Source: Azolla caroliniana (lineage: Eukaryota > Plantae > Polypodiophyta). Taken from it: 64,000 nucleotides of DNA. Of this stretch, positions 14,309 to 28,902 are shown in pieces; within the stretch, counting starts at the first letter, position 1; every line of letters starts with the position of its first letter. Both the position numbers and the translations under genes were made by a program. The stretch is taken from assembly GCA_043228905.1 (NCBI GenBank), contig JBHGNT010000036.1, positions 1-64,000 of the forward strand, read 5' to 3'. The notes under the pieces were generated by a model. The model did not search any database, was not told where the DNA came from, and saw nothing but the letters and a program-made list of their open reading frames with translations.

Positions 14309-14560
14309 TGTAACCTAGTTGACTAGTTGTTCATCTATTGTAGAAATGTGCCATTATAATTCTTAGAGCAATAATACAGTTACACTGTTGTGCCCTCCTT
14401 GGTGTCTCCTTCCCTACCGATGCTTTCTTGATCTTGTTGTCTTATAATTCTTAATCTGTTATTTGATATCTTCCTGAAGACTCTTATCTATTAGAGTGCT
14501 GGTTTTGTTCCACATCTATCCCGTAGTTTCCAACATCTAGTATCATAGCTTGGTTTCTTA
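14309..14560 (+). mobile_element. Degenerate LTR end plus decayed PBS in the inter-copy spacer
   Basis: ...ccaaca-tc-tagtatcatagc here; the paralogous spacer has an intact tggtatcagagc at 52509-52520. Confidence 0.5.
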
Positions 14561-14901
14561 CATCCTGCCACCGACTATCTCTTTGTCTTCATCAACACTT
14601 CCTCCTTGGTACCTTCTGAAGATCTTTATGAAAACTTCCCTTAAAACATTACGAGACTTCGGTCCAATCGAAATCTTCTGTCAGGCAACCTGCTTAAGAA
14701 GAAACACCTATATATATATATATATATGCACTCCACTGCTAGCTAGATTGCCCTTGAAGTAGGCCAGCCGGTTGTACTTTGTCAATGTGAGTGTAGCCGC
14801 TCGAAGTGGGATTCTTTCATATGACTGGCCTCACTCATGCTTCATTTGGTAAGGCGAAAATCCAACAGGTCATTTGACGTTGTTCACACGCTCGTCGTAA
14901 C

Positions 14902-17900
14902 TGTTACGAAGGTGCTACGACTCTTCTTAGTGCAAAACGAATCGTGATGTGCTAGATTGTTAGTGTGGTCAAGAGAGAAAGGAGAGGGGGGAAGGAGACT
15001 TACCTTAGTAGAAGCCCAAAAACGTTATGTTTCATTATGCAGAGAGAAACCTCTCTCGTTTGTTTTCTGTTTCTCTTCTTACTTCTCTCTCCTACTCACT
15101 CTTACTTTTTTTACCTAAGTATATAAGTCACTTACACATTCAGCTAATTAGCCATGAGTAGCTAAATAGTTGTGAATAGCTAAATAGTTGTGAATAGCTA
15201 AATAGTTGTGAACAACTAAACAATTGTTTTACCTATATGTCTAATAGTAGCTAATTTCCTAATAGCTACTATAGAAGATCTGAGTTACCAATAAGTATCA
15301 CATGCTTTTGTTGAGCTTGTTTCTTAACATTCCCCCTCAAGCTCAACTTATCCACTCTTGAGATCATCATTAGTCTTCTTTTCCATCATGCTTTTCAGCT
15401 ATCATACCAATGCTTCTAACTCCCATCATGTCTCTAAACTCTGTATGTTTTTCCATGCTCAATCCCTTCGAAAGAATATCAGCCACTTGCTGATTTGTAC
15501 TTACATACATCAGATCCACTTCTTCATCAATCACTTTTTCTCTAACAAAGTGATAATGCACTTCAATGCGCTTTGTTCTTGCATGGAACACTGGGTTTTT
15601 TGCGAGCTGAATGCCGCTCATATTGTCACACCAAATTGTGACTGCACCATCTATATACTCACCCAAATCTGCAAGCAATCTTTTAATCCATACTTCTTCA
15701 TAAGTAGCTATTGTAGCTCCTCTATATTAAGCTTCAGTAGTTGATAATGCAACAATAGCTTGTTTTTTGCTACTCCGTGAAATAACTGCACTTCCCAATG
15801 TAAACATATATCCACTCATGGATCTTCTATCATTTTGGCAACCCAATCAACATCTGTATATCCTTCCATCTTTATGTCCAGATCAGCCTTGTAAAACAGT
15901 CCATGGTTTTGAGTAGCTTTTACATACCTCAAGATTCTTCTAATGCAATCCAAATGTGGCTTTGTTGATTGTTGCATAAACTGGTTGACTAATCCAACAA
16001 CATAACACAAATTAGGTCTTGTTATAGTCAAGTATATGAGGCTGCCCACCATAGACCTGTACATGTTCACATCTGCAATTTTTGCTCCCAAATCAACTCT
16101 CAATTTGCAGTTCTTATCTAGTGGTACATCCAAGCATTCCATATTTTTTCAGCACAGTTGTAACATAATATTTTTGCAACATATATATTCCACTTTCAGA
16201 TCTAATAATCTCAATACCAAGAAAGTATTTCAGCTCTCCCAAGTCCTTCATATGAAATTGCATTTCCAGATTTTTCTTCAGCTTGCTTATTTCATCCATA
16301 GAATCACCTCCAATGATTAAATCATCTACATAAATCAAACTAACAACAATGCAATCATTTATCCTTTTTACATACAATGAATCTTTGACATTTTGAAAGC
16401 AAGTTTTTTCATAGATTCTAAAAGTTCTTTGTGCCATTCTCTCGGTGCTTGTTTTTGTCCATACAAAACCTTTTTAAGCTTACAAACATATTCTGGATGC
16501 TCCTTATCTTCAAATCCTAGTGGTTGACACATGTACACGTCCTCTTCTAAGTTCCCATGTAAAAAATCATTTTTTACATCCATATGGTGTAGAGCCGATC
16601 TTTCGGCTGCACTTACAACAAGTAGTGTCCTCAAGGTTGCCATTTTTGCAACTGGTGCAAATGTCTCATCATAATCAATTCCTTGCATTTGGGCATATCC
16701 ATTTGCAACAAATCTTGCTTTATGTCTACTTACATTCCCATTGGAATCATGCTTTATTTTGTAGACCCATTTACAACCTACCACATTTTTTCCTTTTGGC
16801 AACTTTACCAAATCACATGTTTTGTTTTTAGCCAATGCATCCATTTCTTCTTGCATTGCATTCACCGATTTCTTCTCATCGTTTGCTTCATCAAAACTAT
16901 CTAGATCAAGGAGCTGTACCACTTTAGACATATATGCATAATGCATAGCCAAGTATGTATCATAACCAAATCATTCAAATGATTTTTTCTCTTTATTTGA
17001 TCTTCTCAGTTTCTGTTTTGCATCTTTCATTGCTCTTTCAACACCAGAGATTTTCAGCACTTGTATACCCAACTCTTCATCCAATGATACGTCTGAATCT
17101 ACATCTTCCATGTTTCTAGATCCATCATCAAGCATTTCATATTCTGGCATCTTCTGTTTTCCCTTTTTATCATCATATTTTTTATGTCTTAGATTTATTT
17201 CACCCCAAGAACCCAAGTTTTCAGATGGTCCAGTACATTCTATTGATGTTGAACTTTGTTGTCCAACCTTATTTTCATTTCCATGGAAATCTCTTCCATT
17301 TTCAAATTTATCCGTGTCTTCATTAGTTTCTACATTTTGTTTTGGGTTGTACCAGTTGCCCAACTCATCAAATATCACATCATGGCTTACTACAATCTTT
17401 TTTGTCAAAGGGTTATAACATCTATAACCTTTTTGGTCCTATGAATATCCCACAAAAATACATTTTTCAGCTTTTGGATCAAGTTACTTCTTACTTCCGT
17501 AGGTACATGAACATAAGCAATGCATCCAAACACTTTTAAGTGTCCTAAACTAGGTTTCCTACCATAGAAACATTCTTCAAGAGTTACTACATGTACTCTA
17601 GATGTTATGCATCTATTTAGAATATAGTTTGTTGTGTTTACAACCTCAACCCAGAGTACAATGGCATATTTTATTCTGTCATCAAAGCTCTTGCTATGTT
17701 TACCAAAGTTCTGTTTTTCCTCTCAGCCACTCCATTTTGCTGTGGAGTATTCTACATGCGAATTGTCTCCTTATTCCTTGATCGCATAGAAAATCAGAAA
17801 ATTCATTTGAGAAGTATTCTCCTCCATTAGACCTTAAGCATTTTATTCTAGTCCCGACTTGCTTTTCTACCATGCATTTGAACTTACGAAAGCAATCAAA

Positions 17901-20031
17901 TACTTCACTCTTCTCTTTCATGAAGTAAACCCATGTTTTCCTTGAGCAATCATCTATGAATGTTACATAAAACCTACAACCACCAATTGATGCATTTTTT
18001 GTAGGTCCCTATACATATGTATGTACCAACTTCAACACATTTTTGCTAATATGTCTTTTACGAGGGAAAGACGACCTGTTTTGCTTTCCATATTGATATG
18101 CTTCACATATTTTGCTCATGTCACAGTCTTTCAACTTAGGCAATCCAACCACTGCATTTTTCCTCAACATATTTTGTAAAGTTTGCATACTTATATGTCC
18201 GATTCGTTTATGCACATTTCTACATTTGAGATTACATTCATTCCTCTTGCAAACATGGATATAATCTTTTTAGGCATATCCACATCTAAAGAAAACATTC
18301 TTCCTTGACGTTTTCCTTTTGCAATCAGCTTTCCATGTTTTTCTATAATGCGCCCACTTTGCTTAAACTTCACTTGCATTCTTTGCTCTATTATCTGTCC
18401 AACATAAATAAGATTTTTTGCAAGGTTTGGAACATGCATAACATTCAACATATACTTTGTTTTTCTTTTTTCTTCCCACAATGGGATATCTCCAACATGC
18501 TCGATTGTATGAGTAGTGTTATCACCTGTCTGTACATAACCAAGAATCTCTGGTTGTCTTAGAATTTCAAACCAGTTTGCATGTTCGGCCATATGATTAG
18601 ATGCCCCTGAATCTACATACCACATATAGTCTTCATTACATTTTTGTGAACATTCAACCATTGTTGCTGTTTCATGTTGCATCATAAAAGCACCTTCTTT
18701 ATCACAAATTTCACTAGTTGAAGCATAATTATTCTGTTGTCTCTTCCCTCTTTTTTCATCATTTTGCTTTTTATAGCATTCAACTTGTGTATGGCTTGGT
18801 TTCCCACAATACCAACATCACTCATCACTCAATATAGTTTGCTTACCTTTGCCTCGATTGCTCCCCCTCCCTCTGATTTTGTTTCTTCCACTTATAACTT
18901 GTTGTCCTCTTCCTTGATAATTATTGGTTCTAGTTGAACCAAATCTTCTATGGCCTCTTCCTCGGCCTCTTCCAGCATTATTGTAGAGAGCTTGCCCCTC
19001 AATCTCAGAGTTTCCTTTGTTTGTATCTTCAATTTGATTTCTTTCTTCCACTACTAGCATTGAAACCAGATCTGAAAAACTTGGAATGCTATCCCTTGTG
19101 AGAATGGATGTTTTAAAACTTTTACATTGAGGTCCTAAACCCCTTAAGCATACTTCTACTTTATCATAATCTTCTACCTTCACATTAATAGAAGCAAGTG
19201 ATTCACATATGCTCTTTATTTTCACAACATACTCATTGACTGACATCTTACCTTTTTCCAAGGTATTTCGTTCAGTCTTCTACTGAAGTTTTCTTGCCTT
19301 TGTATTTACTTCAAACAGTTTCACTAAACTGTCCCAAGCTTCTTTTGGAAGCAGAGCATCTTGTATATGTCCAAGCATCGAATCTGAGATGCTAAGTGAT
19401 AGCCAATGCAATACTTTTCTTGCCCCTTGATTCCAATATTTAAATGTTTTGATTTATTCAGCAATTGTATTTTCTTCAGGGATCTTTGGAGCCTCTTCTA
19501 GGTCTCCTTCATTGTAATCCGAGTATCCTTTTCCCATCAGGAAATTTGTCATTCTGAATTTCCACGCAGGGAAATTGTTTTTATCAAGTTTATTTGTAAC
19601 TACTTGGCTTCCATTTTCAGCAGCCATCTCTCTTTCAATTTAGGGCTTTAGCTACGATTAACTTCAACAAGCAACTCTTTGATTCAGATCAACAACCAGA
19701 GAAATCTTTTTAGATTTGTACAGTCTATTCTTCTTTACGGGCAACTGCGCTCTGATACCATGTTACGAAGGTGCTACGGCTCTTCTTAGTGCACACCAGA
19801 TAGTGATGTGTTGAAACGTTAGTGTGTTCAAGAGAGAAAGGAGAGGGGGGAAGGAGACTTACCTCAGTAGCAACCCAAAAACGTTTTGTTTCATTATGCA
19901 GAGAAAAACCTCTCTCGTCTGTTTTCTATTTCTCTTCTTACTTCTCTCTCGTACTCACTCTTACTTTTTTTACCTAAGTATATAAGTCAATTACATATTC
20001 ATCTAATTAGCTGTGAATAGCTAAATAGTTG
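14902..20031 (-). mobile_element. Ty1/copia LTR retrotransposon C, degenerate, 5' LTR truncated
   Basis: 3' LTR 14902-15329, PPT ~15330-15341, PBS-Met 19749-19760, partial 5' LTR 19761-20031. Left target site GTAAC 14897-14901. Confidence 0.93.
15370..19627 (-). pseudogene. Copia C gag-pol remnant
   Basis: WYVDSGASNHM (protease), CLRSNGGEY (integrase), VGCKWVYKIK, YVDDL (RT), WCDNMSGIQLAKNPVFHARTK (RNase H); many stops and frameshifts. Confidence 0.9.
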
Positions 20032-20620
20032 AGATGGAGGTCCAAGGCCTAGATGAGGCGTTGAGGCTGGAGTTCTTCTGTCGGGTCGTAGATGACCGGA
20101 GGTAGCGAAAGTAAAGGAGCTTCAAGAAGCTCATAATTTGTGGGAGGCCTTTGAAGGGGCGCTCCTGCAGGCATACGGAGGACGACCAAAAAGCTGGGGG
20201 CTATGCGACTTCGACCAATGGGTGGTCTCGGCAAAGACCCACCATGCGCAACAAAGGTGTTTCGAGAGTTCGGGCGGCGGCTTGCTCTGCTCCTGTAGCG
20301 GGAACAAAGACTGGTGGGGGTGGACAGAGTCCAATTGTTCATTAGGTTGATCGACCGAGCGGAACGGGAAGCCATCGGGATCTAGCTTGAAGATGACGAC
20401 GGACCGAATGGTCTTACCGAGGATTGGTTAGAAGTCAAATGGGTATGCCGACGGATGGATGAGGAGTGGTCCACAAGGGGAAAAGGGAAGACGACGTGCA
20501 ACAGTGCGCCATCACAGTAGGGAATGGGCGTGCAACGAGATAGAGCGGCGAAGATCAACGTTGAAGCGTAGGAGGCTCTAAAGGCGATGATTGAAGAAGA
20601 GGAGAGATCCGACATGTAGG
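20032..20620 (+). mobile_element. Retrotransposon gag-like remnant (probably gypsy)
   Basis: FDQWVVSAKTH...EREAIGI*LEDDDGPNGLTEDW, homologous to the minus-strand fragment at ~29200-29520. Confidence 0.5.
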
Positions 20621-23600
20621 TGTTACCGTACGTGATGTATGGGGAGTGAGGGTGGAATGTTATAATGTTGTTTATGTGTATGTGTAAATGTGTAAGTGTA
20701 ATTGTGAGTGTGAGTAATTATGTATGTGTACACATGCACATGTGTGTGTATGTGGACAGATACCAGGAGGTGTGAGTGAGTGATCAGTGTGAATGACCGA
20801 GGGGGCTTGGACCCTTGTGTATCTACCCTTTTGTAACTATTTAACCCCTTATGGGGAATGAATGAAGAATGAAAGGAATATTTCTCTCTCAATCTCTCTC
20901 TCTCTCTTGTCATCTCTCTTTCTCTCTTTCTTTCCTTACGTTGAACCCCCTTGGGAGGGGGGTGGAGCCATTCTAGGCACCACCCCCCACCTCTCAATGC
21001 TTGTCAACATCTTCATGTTCTCTCTCACCATCATACCATTCATCATCTCCACTATTACACCATGTCTATCTTCATCATCAATCTATCATTGCTAACCATT
21101 TCTATCTTCGTTATTATCATCAACCCTAACCCTAAAACATACAACACTTTTTGGAGACCACTAAGGTGACCCCCCTTTGGAAACAAAGTCGAAGACTAAT
21201 ACGCGGCAACGATGAATGCCGACAGGAAGTGCTGAGAATGCACAAGAGATGGTTCCAAAAGAAGTGGCATGGAGACAACCGGAACCAGAACAAGAGTTGG
21301 TTAACATAGAAGGGCCAATGTAGACAAAGAAGGGGATGCTGCCGTAGACCAAACATTGACGGCCAGAAAAATTGACAACGCTAAAAAGACACGACCAGAC
21401 GCACCAGACATGGACGACCGAATAGACACTATCGAAATGGAACGAGGCAACTAGACAAGCTGGACTGCACAAGCATAGATAGAGACGAATGGACGGGCCA
21501 AAAGGATGCATACTCACTCAAGTGACACGACCGAAAAGAAACCGAAACAACAGCCGAAAGGGCCGAAATAGTCAAACAGTGGTTGGAGCAATCAGAGCAG
21601 CCGGAGAAATGGATAGATGATCAGGAAGATGGAATGGACGCACAGCTGGAAGGCAACAGATAGACATATGGAGAGTGACTGAAATGTACAGATACGGCAA
21701 AGTGGTTGGACAACGACGGAAGTGTAACCAGTGTAGTGGCTGGACAGGCGGCTGAACAACGACAGCCAGAGATGGAGCCAAAGACAAAGATAGAGATGCA
21801 GACGCAGACGATTGACACAGGAAACAGACAATGATGGCGACGACCGGATGGGCCCATAGAGACAATGACAACAACGGAGATAGCCGGATAGCGGCTAGAG
21901 AAGGGGGGAAGAGCAATCAGACAAGCGAACAGAAACATAGACGGGAGACGAAAATGGCTGGAAATACGACAGCGGATGGTCGGATAAAAACAGCAAGATG
22001 AATGGATGAACCATCCATAATGACCAAATAGTGGCTGAATAGAGGCGACTGGATGAATGGATGGACACATCTGGATGAACGAAGATAGATGAACCGGCCG
22101 GACGACGAGAGGACAACTAATGGCCGAACGACGACCAAGCGCATAGATAGGAAAACCGGAAATATGTGGCCAAATAGGCAGAACACCCCAGAACAGAGGC
22201 GGCCAGACCTGACCAGACGGGACGGACAAACGAAGGACGTCAGAAAATGACGAAGATGGAGACGACTGACCAATGACCGGAACGACCAATGGACGACAAC
22301 GAATGCCAGTCGGATGTTGGCAACGGGAACAGACAGATGAAGGGTCGATGATGATGATAGAAGATGGACAATCAGATAGATGACCGACAGAGATTGGCAG
22401 TGACCGAATAGACGACTAGTTCAACAACGGCCAAATCGACGACCGGAAGGCACAGAGATAGTCGGACAAGGCCCAAACAGTGGAGCGGAAAGCGGTTGAA
22501 CAATGGAAATGCAATAGCCGGAGTGGCGGCCATATAGTAGAACAACGATAGAGATGGACGACGACGACGACGACAAACAACAACAGTGATAAAGATGGAC
22601 GAAGCAACAGAGATGGACGACAAGCAAAAACAGAGAAAATAGAAAGAAGAAAGAAGAAGAGAGAAGAGCAATACAGAGAAGAAGAAGAATAAGAGAAAGA
22701 AGCAACATGTTGAGCAAGCAAGTTCAACCGGATCCGGATCGGCTGAATAAGCCAGAGCCGGATCGGTATCCGGAACGGAGAACCAGATCGGTGTCCAGAT
22801 GATATCCGAAACTAGGAGCCAAATCGGAGGGCTAGATCGGATTTGAAACTGGTAGGCCATTAGAGGCCTACAGATCCAGCCTAGTACACATGCATATTTT
22901 TGGGAGTCAGTGATAGTCGCTCGTATGAGCATTGAAGTACCTGTCAGTACTTCTGTAAGTCCTTTTTGGACTTGTATAAAAGTGCTCTTTGAGCACATTC
23001 TATGTACACAGAGGATTATTATTTTAGAATAGAGTTTTATGTTCTGCTCTCTCTCATGTATGCTAAATATTCTCAAGCTTCCATTGAACTCATGTTTTCT
23101 ATTCTCTGTTGCTGCCCGACTAAATCGTTTTTGTCAAGCTTCCACACGCTAACTTTTACATGGTATCAGAGCGCGAGGGTTGAGACTCCTTTGCAGCCGA
23201 CAGACACTTTCAAAGACAAACCCAAACACCTGGTGAAGAACAATAGAGTACTGAAATGGACAGAGGTATGACAAGTTCGCCTCCCACAGAAAAGCTCGAC
23301 TAGAGCAACTATGCATCCTGGTCATATAAAATGCACTAGTACCTGCTGGGGCATGGATATTGGAGCTATGTGGAAGGAACCAACGAGGTAGCACCGGAGC
23401 CGACACACAAAGACTTCTCGGCATGGGAGCAAGGAGCGAGCCGAGTATTGTACTGCCTGGTGTCCGGCGTGCACGATCAGATGCTTAGCTACATCAAGGA
23501 TGCAAAAATGCCAAAGGAGGCTTGGGAAAATCTACGGAAGATTTTCGCCACAAGTACCACAACCCGTAAGTTGCAGCTCTGACAAGAGATGAACAACATC

Positions 23601-24028
23601 CAACAGAGAGATATGTCGGTTACGGACTACACCACCAAGATTAAGAAGATTTGCGATGCACTTGGATCCATCAACGTAAATGTGGAAGAAGACGAGATGG
23701 TCCCGATCTTACTTGGTGGTTTAGCACAACGGTATGGGCCAATCTTGTTAGGAAACAGGTCCCTCCGGATGGGATTGGACTACCCGGCAACGGAAGACCC
23801 GGTGAGAACCGGATGACGTGTGCCCGGCAAGCACCGGATGATGCAGGCCCGGTGAGGAGTGCTCACCGGATGAAGGGACATATTCGTAAATATGTTTCTG
23901 AGAGTCCATCGGGGCTATATTTGTAAATAGCCGAAAAGTCATATTAGTATAAATATGACTTAGGGCAAACTTAGTGTGTGTGTAGTCGTTATTCTTGTTG
24001 GTGCAAGATTTGAGCGTGTAACTGTGTA

Positions 24029-24075
<47 letters not shown>

Positions 24076-24377
24076 AGAGGTCGTTGCCTCTGTTGTAACT
24101 GCCGCCTGTGGCGAGGATAGCAAGCTTGAGGTCGTTGCCTCGGTGCTCTACTATTGTACATTCTGATATAGTGATAGTTTGCAGTCTATGGGCTGCCGTG
24201 GTTTTTTCCCTAGTTTGGGTTTTCCATGTTAACATCCTGTGTACTCTTCTCTTCATTGTGTCATGCCTTCATTCCCGTTTTTCTGTGTTTGATCCTAGAC
24301 TCGGTTGTGGCCAAGTGTTGTGCTCAAAGAGCGTGTATTTCTTGACAAAGTGGTATCAGAGCAAAACGACACAGAAA

Positions 24378-27300
24378 ATGGACGAATCGTTGGGAGGCAT
24401 GTTCAAGCTCACCGGCTCCAACTATTCGGTGTGGAAGTCGAAGATGAGGGACATGCTCGTGGTTAAAGATCTTTGGTTGCCGGTTCAGTTCAGGGACAAG
24501 AGACCGGACAAAATTGACGCCACGATATGGGAGGTGATGCACATGAAGACAACGACGTACATACAGTGCTTCATTGACATGAGTCTATACAACAACTTCA
24601 ATAAAGAGATCAAGGCTCATGAGCTCTGGGTTATCCCTAGGAAGAGTGAAGTCGAGCTTGCTAGATGAGGAGGCGCGTCGGAAAGATAAGGATATGAGCT
24701 CTGACTCCAAAGCGCTCTTACCGAATCGGAACGCGGAAGACAAAGGAACCGTAGTCCCCAGAACCAGGAGAAGTCGGGGACACGGTCAAAGTCAAGGGGG
24801 AGGCCTACTTGCTTCTATTGTGGCAAGTCGGGACACTTCTAGAAGAACTGTCGGCATTTCCGAAAAGACAAGGAAACCGACGGTACTGATTCGAAGCGGA
24901 CACCGAACCGGAACGGTAAAGACCGGAGGGGGCTGGACCGGAAGGAAACGGCGGCAATCGCGGCAAGTGAAGAAGAGTTGATGATCATCACCGAGGAGAG
25001 TGAGCTAAACCTTGCCGGCGATGAGATGACCTGGGTGGTCGACTATGGAGCGTCGTTCCACCTTACCTCGGATCGGAAATGCTTCTCATCCTACTCAGCT
25101 GGTGATCACGGTTGTGTCCGGATAGGGAATGAAGGTACATGCCGAATTGTCGGCATAACAGACATGTGGTTGACAACACCAACTGGATGCAAGCTGCTGC
25201 TGAAGGATGTCCGACACGTTCCGGAGGTTCGTCTAAACCTGATATCAGTCGGTCAGCTAGATGATGTAGGCTACACGGGTAGCATCCGGAACGGTGTTAT
25301 GAAGTTCAGCAAAAGGAGCCTGATTGTGGCTCGGGCCCGGAAGGTAAACACCCTGTACCTGATGAATGCCCGATTATGTCCGGAGGAAGTGAACGTGGCA
25401 TCTGACACTGCCGGTGAGCTGTGGCACAAGAGGCTGTGTCACATGAGCGAGAAGGGGATGAAGAGGCTTGCAGACGACAACCTCATTCCAGTGAAGAACG
25501 TGCAGTTGGACAAGTGCACTGACTGTCTGGCCGGTAAACAAAACCGGACCTCCTTCCGATCGAGGCCACCGATGAGACGTAATGCACCATTGGAGTTGGT
25601 GCATATTGATGTATGTCAAGTGGACACGAAGTCATATGCCGGATCGCAGTACTTCGTGACGTTCATAGATGACCACAGTCGGAAGCTGTGGGCCACACCT
25701 TTGAAGACGAAGGATCAGGTGTTATCCGTCTTCAAAGAGCTCCACGCGAGAGTGGAAAGAGAAACTGGCCGGAAGCTGAAAGGCAGTTCGAGCAGATAAC
25801 AGAGGTGAATACCGGGGGCAGTTTGAGGAGTATTATCGCTCGAAGGGAATCCGGCTCGAATTTATCGTGCCGAAGACGCCGGAACTAAACGGGTTGGCCG
25901 AGAGGATGAACCAGACCATAATGGAGAGGGTCTGGAGTATGCTGGCACATGCAAAATTACCCAAGAAGTTTTGGGCTGAGGCACTGTCGACGACGACATA
26001 TGTGATAAACAGATCACCCTCAGTACCCTTGGACGGAGACACGCCACAGAGAGTCTAGACCGGTAAGGAAGTGTCCTACTGGCATCTGAAGGTATTCGGG
26101 TGTCTTGCGTATGTGCATGTAGCTAAGGACCGGAGAGGAAAACTAGATCCGAAGACCTAGCCATGCATAATTCTCGGTTACGGCGACGATGAGTTCGGCT
26201 ACCGAGTGTGGGACCTGGTCGACAAGAAGGTATTCCGGAGTCGAGATATTATCTTCATGGAGGACAAGACGCTCACCGACTGGGAGTCGGAGAAGAAGAT
26301 AATGAACTCCGAGTCGACCGGTAAGGATCATTTCTACGGTGAGCAGTCCCAACCGGAAAGAGATCGGTTAGCACTCAAGGAACCAACTAGTTACGATGAG
26401 GATACCGAACCGGCAGAAGAAGAAGTAGAGGAAGCTGAAACCGGAACCGGCCAAGACCCATAATCAGATTCAGATGAAGAGCAAATGGAGGAGCCGGTTA
26501 CTGAAGCCCAGAGACGGAGATATCCTCTCAGAGAGAGAAGGCCCCCCCGGAGATTTCCGGACGCAGAGCATGTGCTGCAGACCGATGAGGGGGAGCCAGA
26601 AAGCTTCGAGGAAGCTAAAAGTGACGCCCATAGCCTCAAATGGTTAAGTGCCATGCAGGATGAGATGGATTCCCTGCATGAGAACCACATGTATGAATTG
26701 GTGGAGTTGCCGAAAGGAAAGCGGGCACTCCGAAACAAGTGGGTGTACAAGTTGAAACCGAGAGATGCCGGCAACCCCCCGAGATACAAGGCCAAGATCG
26801 TGGTGAAGGGGTTCCAGCAGAAGAAGGGCATGGACTTCGACGAGATATTTGTCCCGGTAGTAAAGATGACCTCCAACCGGACGGTGCTGAGCATTGCGGC
26901 AAGCATGGACCTCGAGGTAGAGCAGCTGGACGTGAAGACGACATTCCTTCATGGTGACCTCAAAGAGGAGATCTACATGCAGCAACCGGAAGGATTCGTG
27001 GAGAAAGGGATGGAGCACCTGGTTTGCCGGTTGAAGAAGAGTCTCTACAGGTTGAAGCAAGCCCCTCGGCAATGGTACCGGAAGTTCAACTCCTTCATGA
27101 CCGATCAAGGGTACCACAAGACGCAGGTCGATCACTGAGTGTTTGTGAAGAAGTTCGAAGGAGGCGACTTCCTAATACTCCTTTGGTACGTGGACGACAT
27201 GTTGATCGTCGGACGGGACCAAGCCAAAATACGGATGCTGAAGAAGGTTCTCAACCGGACCTTCTCAATGAAAGACTTGGGTCTGGCAAGACAGATGTTG

Positions 27301-28164
27301 GGGATGCATATTATCCAGGACCGGTCAATGAAGCAATTGTGGCTGTCACAGGAGAAGTACGTGACAAAGGTGCTTCAACGGTTCAACATGTCAGATGCGA
27401 AACTGGTCGGATCGACACTTCCGGAAAACTACAGATTATCCGGTAAGCAAAGCCCGCAGACGAAAGCAGAGAAGACTGATATGATGAAGGTTCCATATGC
27501 CTCTGCCGTTGGGAGCTTGATGTACGCAATGGTGTGTACCCGACCAGATATAGGATACGCAGTCGGAGTGGTGAGCCGGTTTATGAGCAATCCTGGCAAG
27601 GAGCACTGGAACGCGGTCAAATGGATACTCCGGTACTTGAAGGGCACTTCAAATATGTGTCTCCGATTCGGCTCCGGAAAACCTCAACTTGACGGTTTTA
27701 CCGATTCGGACATGTCGGTTGATGTGGATACCAGCCGGTCTACATCCGGGTACGTAATGACATATGCAAGGGGAGTTGTTTCGTGGTAGTCGAGGCTGCA
27801 GAAGACGGTTGCGTTGTCAACCACGGAGGCGGAGTACATGGCGGTTGTGGAAGCCGGCAAGGAAATATTATGGATGAAGGACTTCATCGGAGAGCTCGAT
27901 ATCCGGCAAGTTGAATACCGGGTCTATTGCGATAGTCAAAGTGCCATCCACCTTGCTAAGAATGCGGCCTACCATTCGCGGACGAAGCATATCCAACGAA
28001 GGTATCACTGGATCTGGGAAAGAGTAGATGACCAGGAGTTCGCGATGACGAAGATCCACACGGCCGAGAACGAGTCAGATATGTTGACCAAAGTATTGAT
28101 ACCCGACAAGCTGGATGCATGTTGGAAGCGGGTTGGACTAGTAAGACATCCCATGCCGGAGTGA
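24378..28164 (+). pseudogene. Copia B gag-pol remnant
   Basis: KLTGSNYSVWK, CFYCGKSGH zinc knuckle, WVVDYGASFHLT, LWHKRLCH, YFVTFIDDHSRK, WYVDDMLI, YCDSQSAIHLAKN; stops, frameshifts and a gag deletion. Confidence 0.92.
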
Positions 28165-28262
28165 AGGGGGAGTTTGTTAGGAAACAGGTCCCTTCGGATG
28201 GGAAGTGAGAAGAACAATATTGATGAGCAATCTCATCTGAGGCCGACAGGCCGAGGCCGAAA

Positions 28263-28445
28263 CCGGATGTGGAGTACCCGACAATGGAAGACCCGGTGAG
28301 AACCGGATGAGGAGTACCTGACAACGGAAGACCCGGTGAGAACCGGATGAGGAGTACCCGGAAACGGAAGACCCGGTGAGAACCGGATGAGGAGTACCCG
28401 GAAACGGAAGACCTGGTTAGAACCGGATGATGAGTTCCCGGCAAG
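28263..28445 (+). repeat. 40-bp tandem repeat x4+ in the U3 of the copia B 3' LTR
   Basis: ccggatgaggagtacccggaaacggaagacccggtgagaa at 28263, 28303, 28343, 28383, partial at 28423. Confidence 0.92.
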
Positions 28446-28902
28446 CGCCGGATGGTGCAGGCCTGGTGAGGAGTGCTCACTGGATGAAGGGACATATTTG
28501 TAAATATGTTTTTGAGAGTCCATCGGGGCTATATTTGTAAATAGCCAAAAAGTCATTCTAGTATAAATATGACTTATGGCAAACTTAGTCAAATAAGGTT
28601 GTTATTGTCGTTGTCGCGATTGTGAGAGAGCAACCGTGTACAAAGAGAGAGTGTGAGAGTGAGCTCGAGATATAGAGAGGTCGTTGCCTCTGTTGTAACC
28701 GCCGCCTGTGGCGAAGATCGTGAGCACGAGGTCATTGCCTCCATGAGCTCACTGTTGTAATAGTTTGGAGTGATAGTGATAGTTTGGAGTTTGTGAACTC
28801 TCGTGGTTTTTCCCTCTCAGGGTTTTCCACGTTAATATCCTGTGTATTCTCTTTTCTTTCTGTTTGTGCACTTACCTCCATTCTTCATTTCTTCTGTGTT
28901 CG

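Larger units (their letters stand above)
23746..28902 (+). mobile_element. Ty1/copia LTR retrotransposon B nested in the gag of A
   Basis: 5' LTR 23746-24347, PBS 24351-24362, PPT ~28160-28172, 3' LTR from 28175 truncated at ~28902. Confidence 0.93.

Noticed and set aside
21132-23076. Overlapping ORFs in all minus frames
   Set aside because: Compositional bias removes stop codons; no protein motifs
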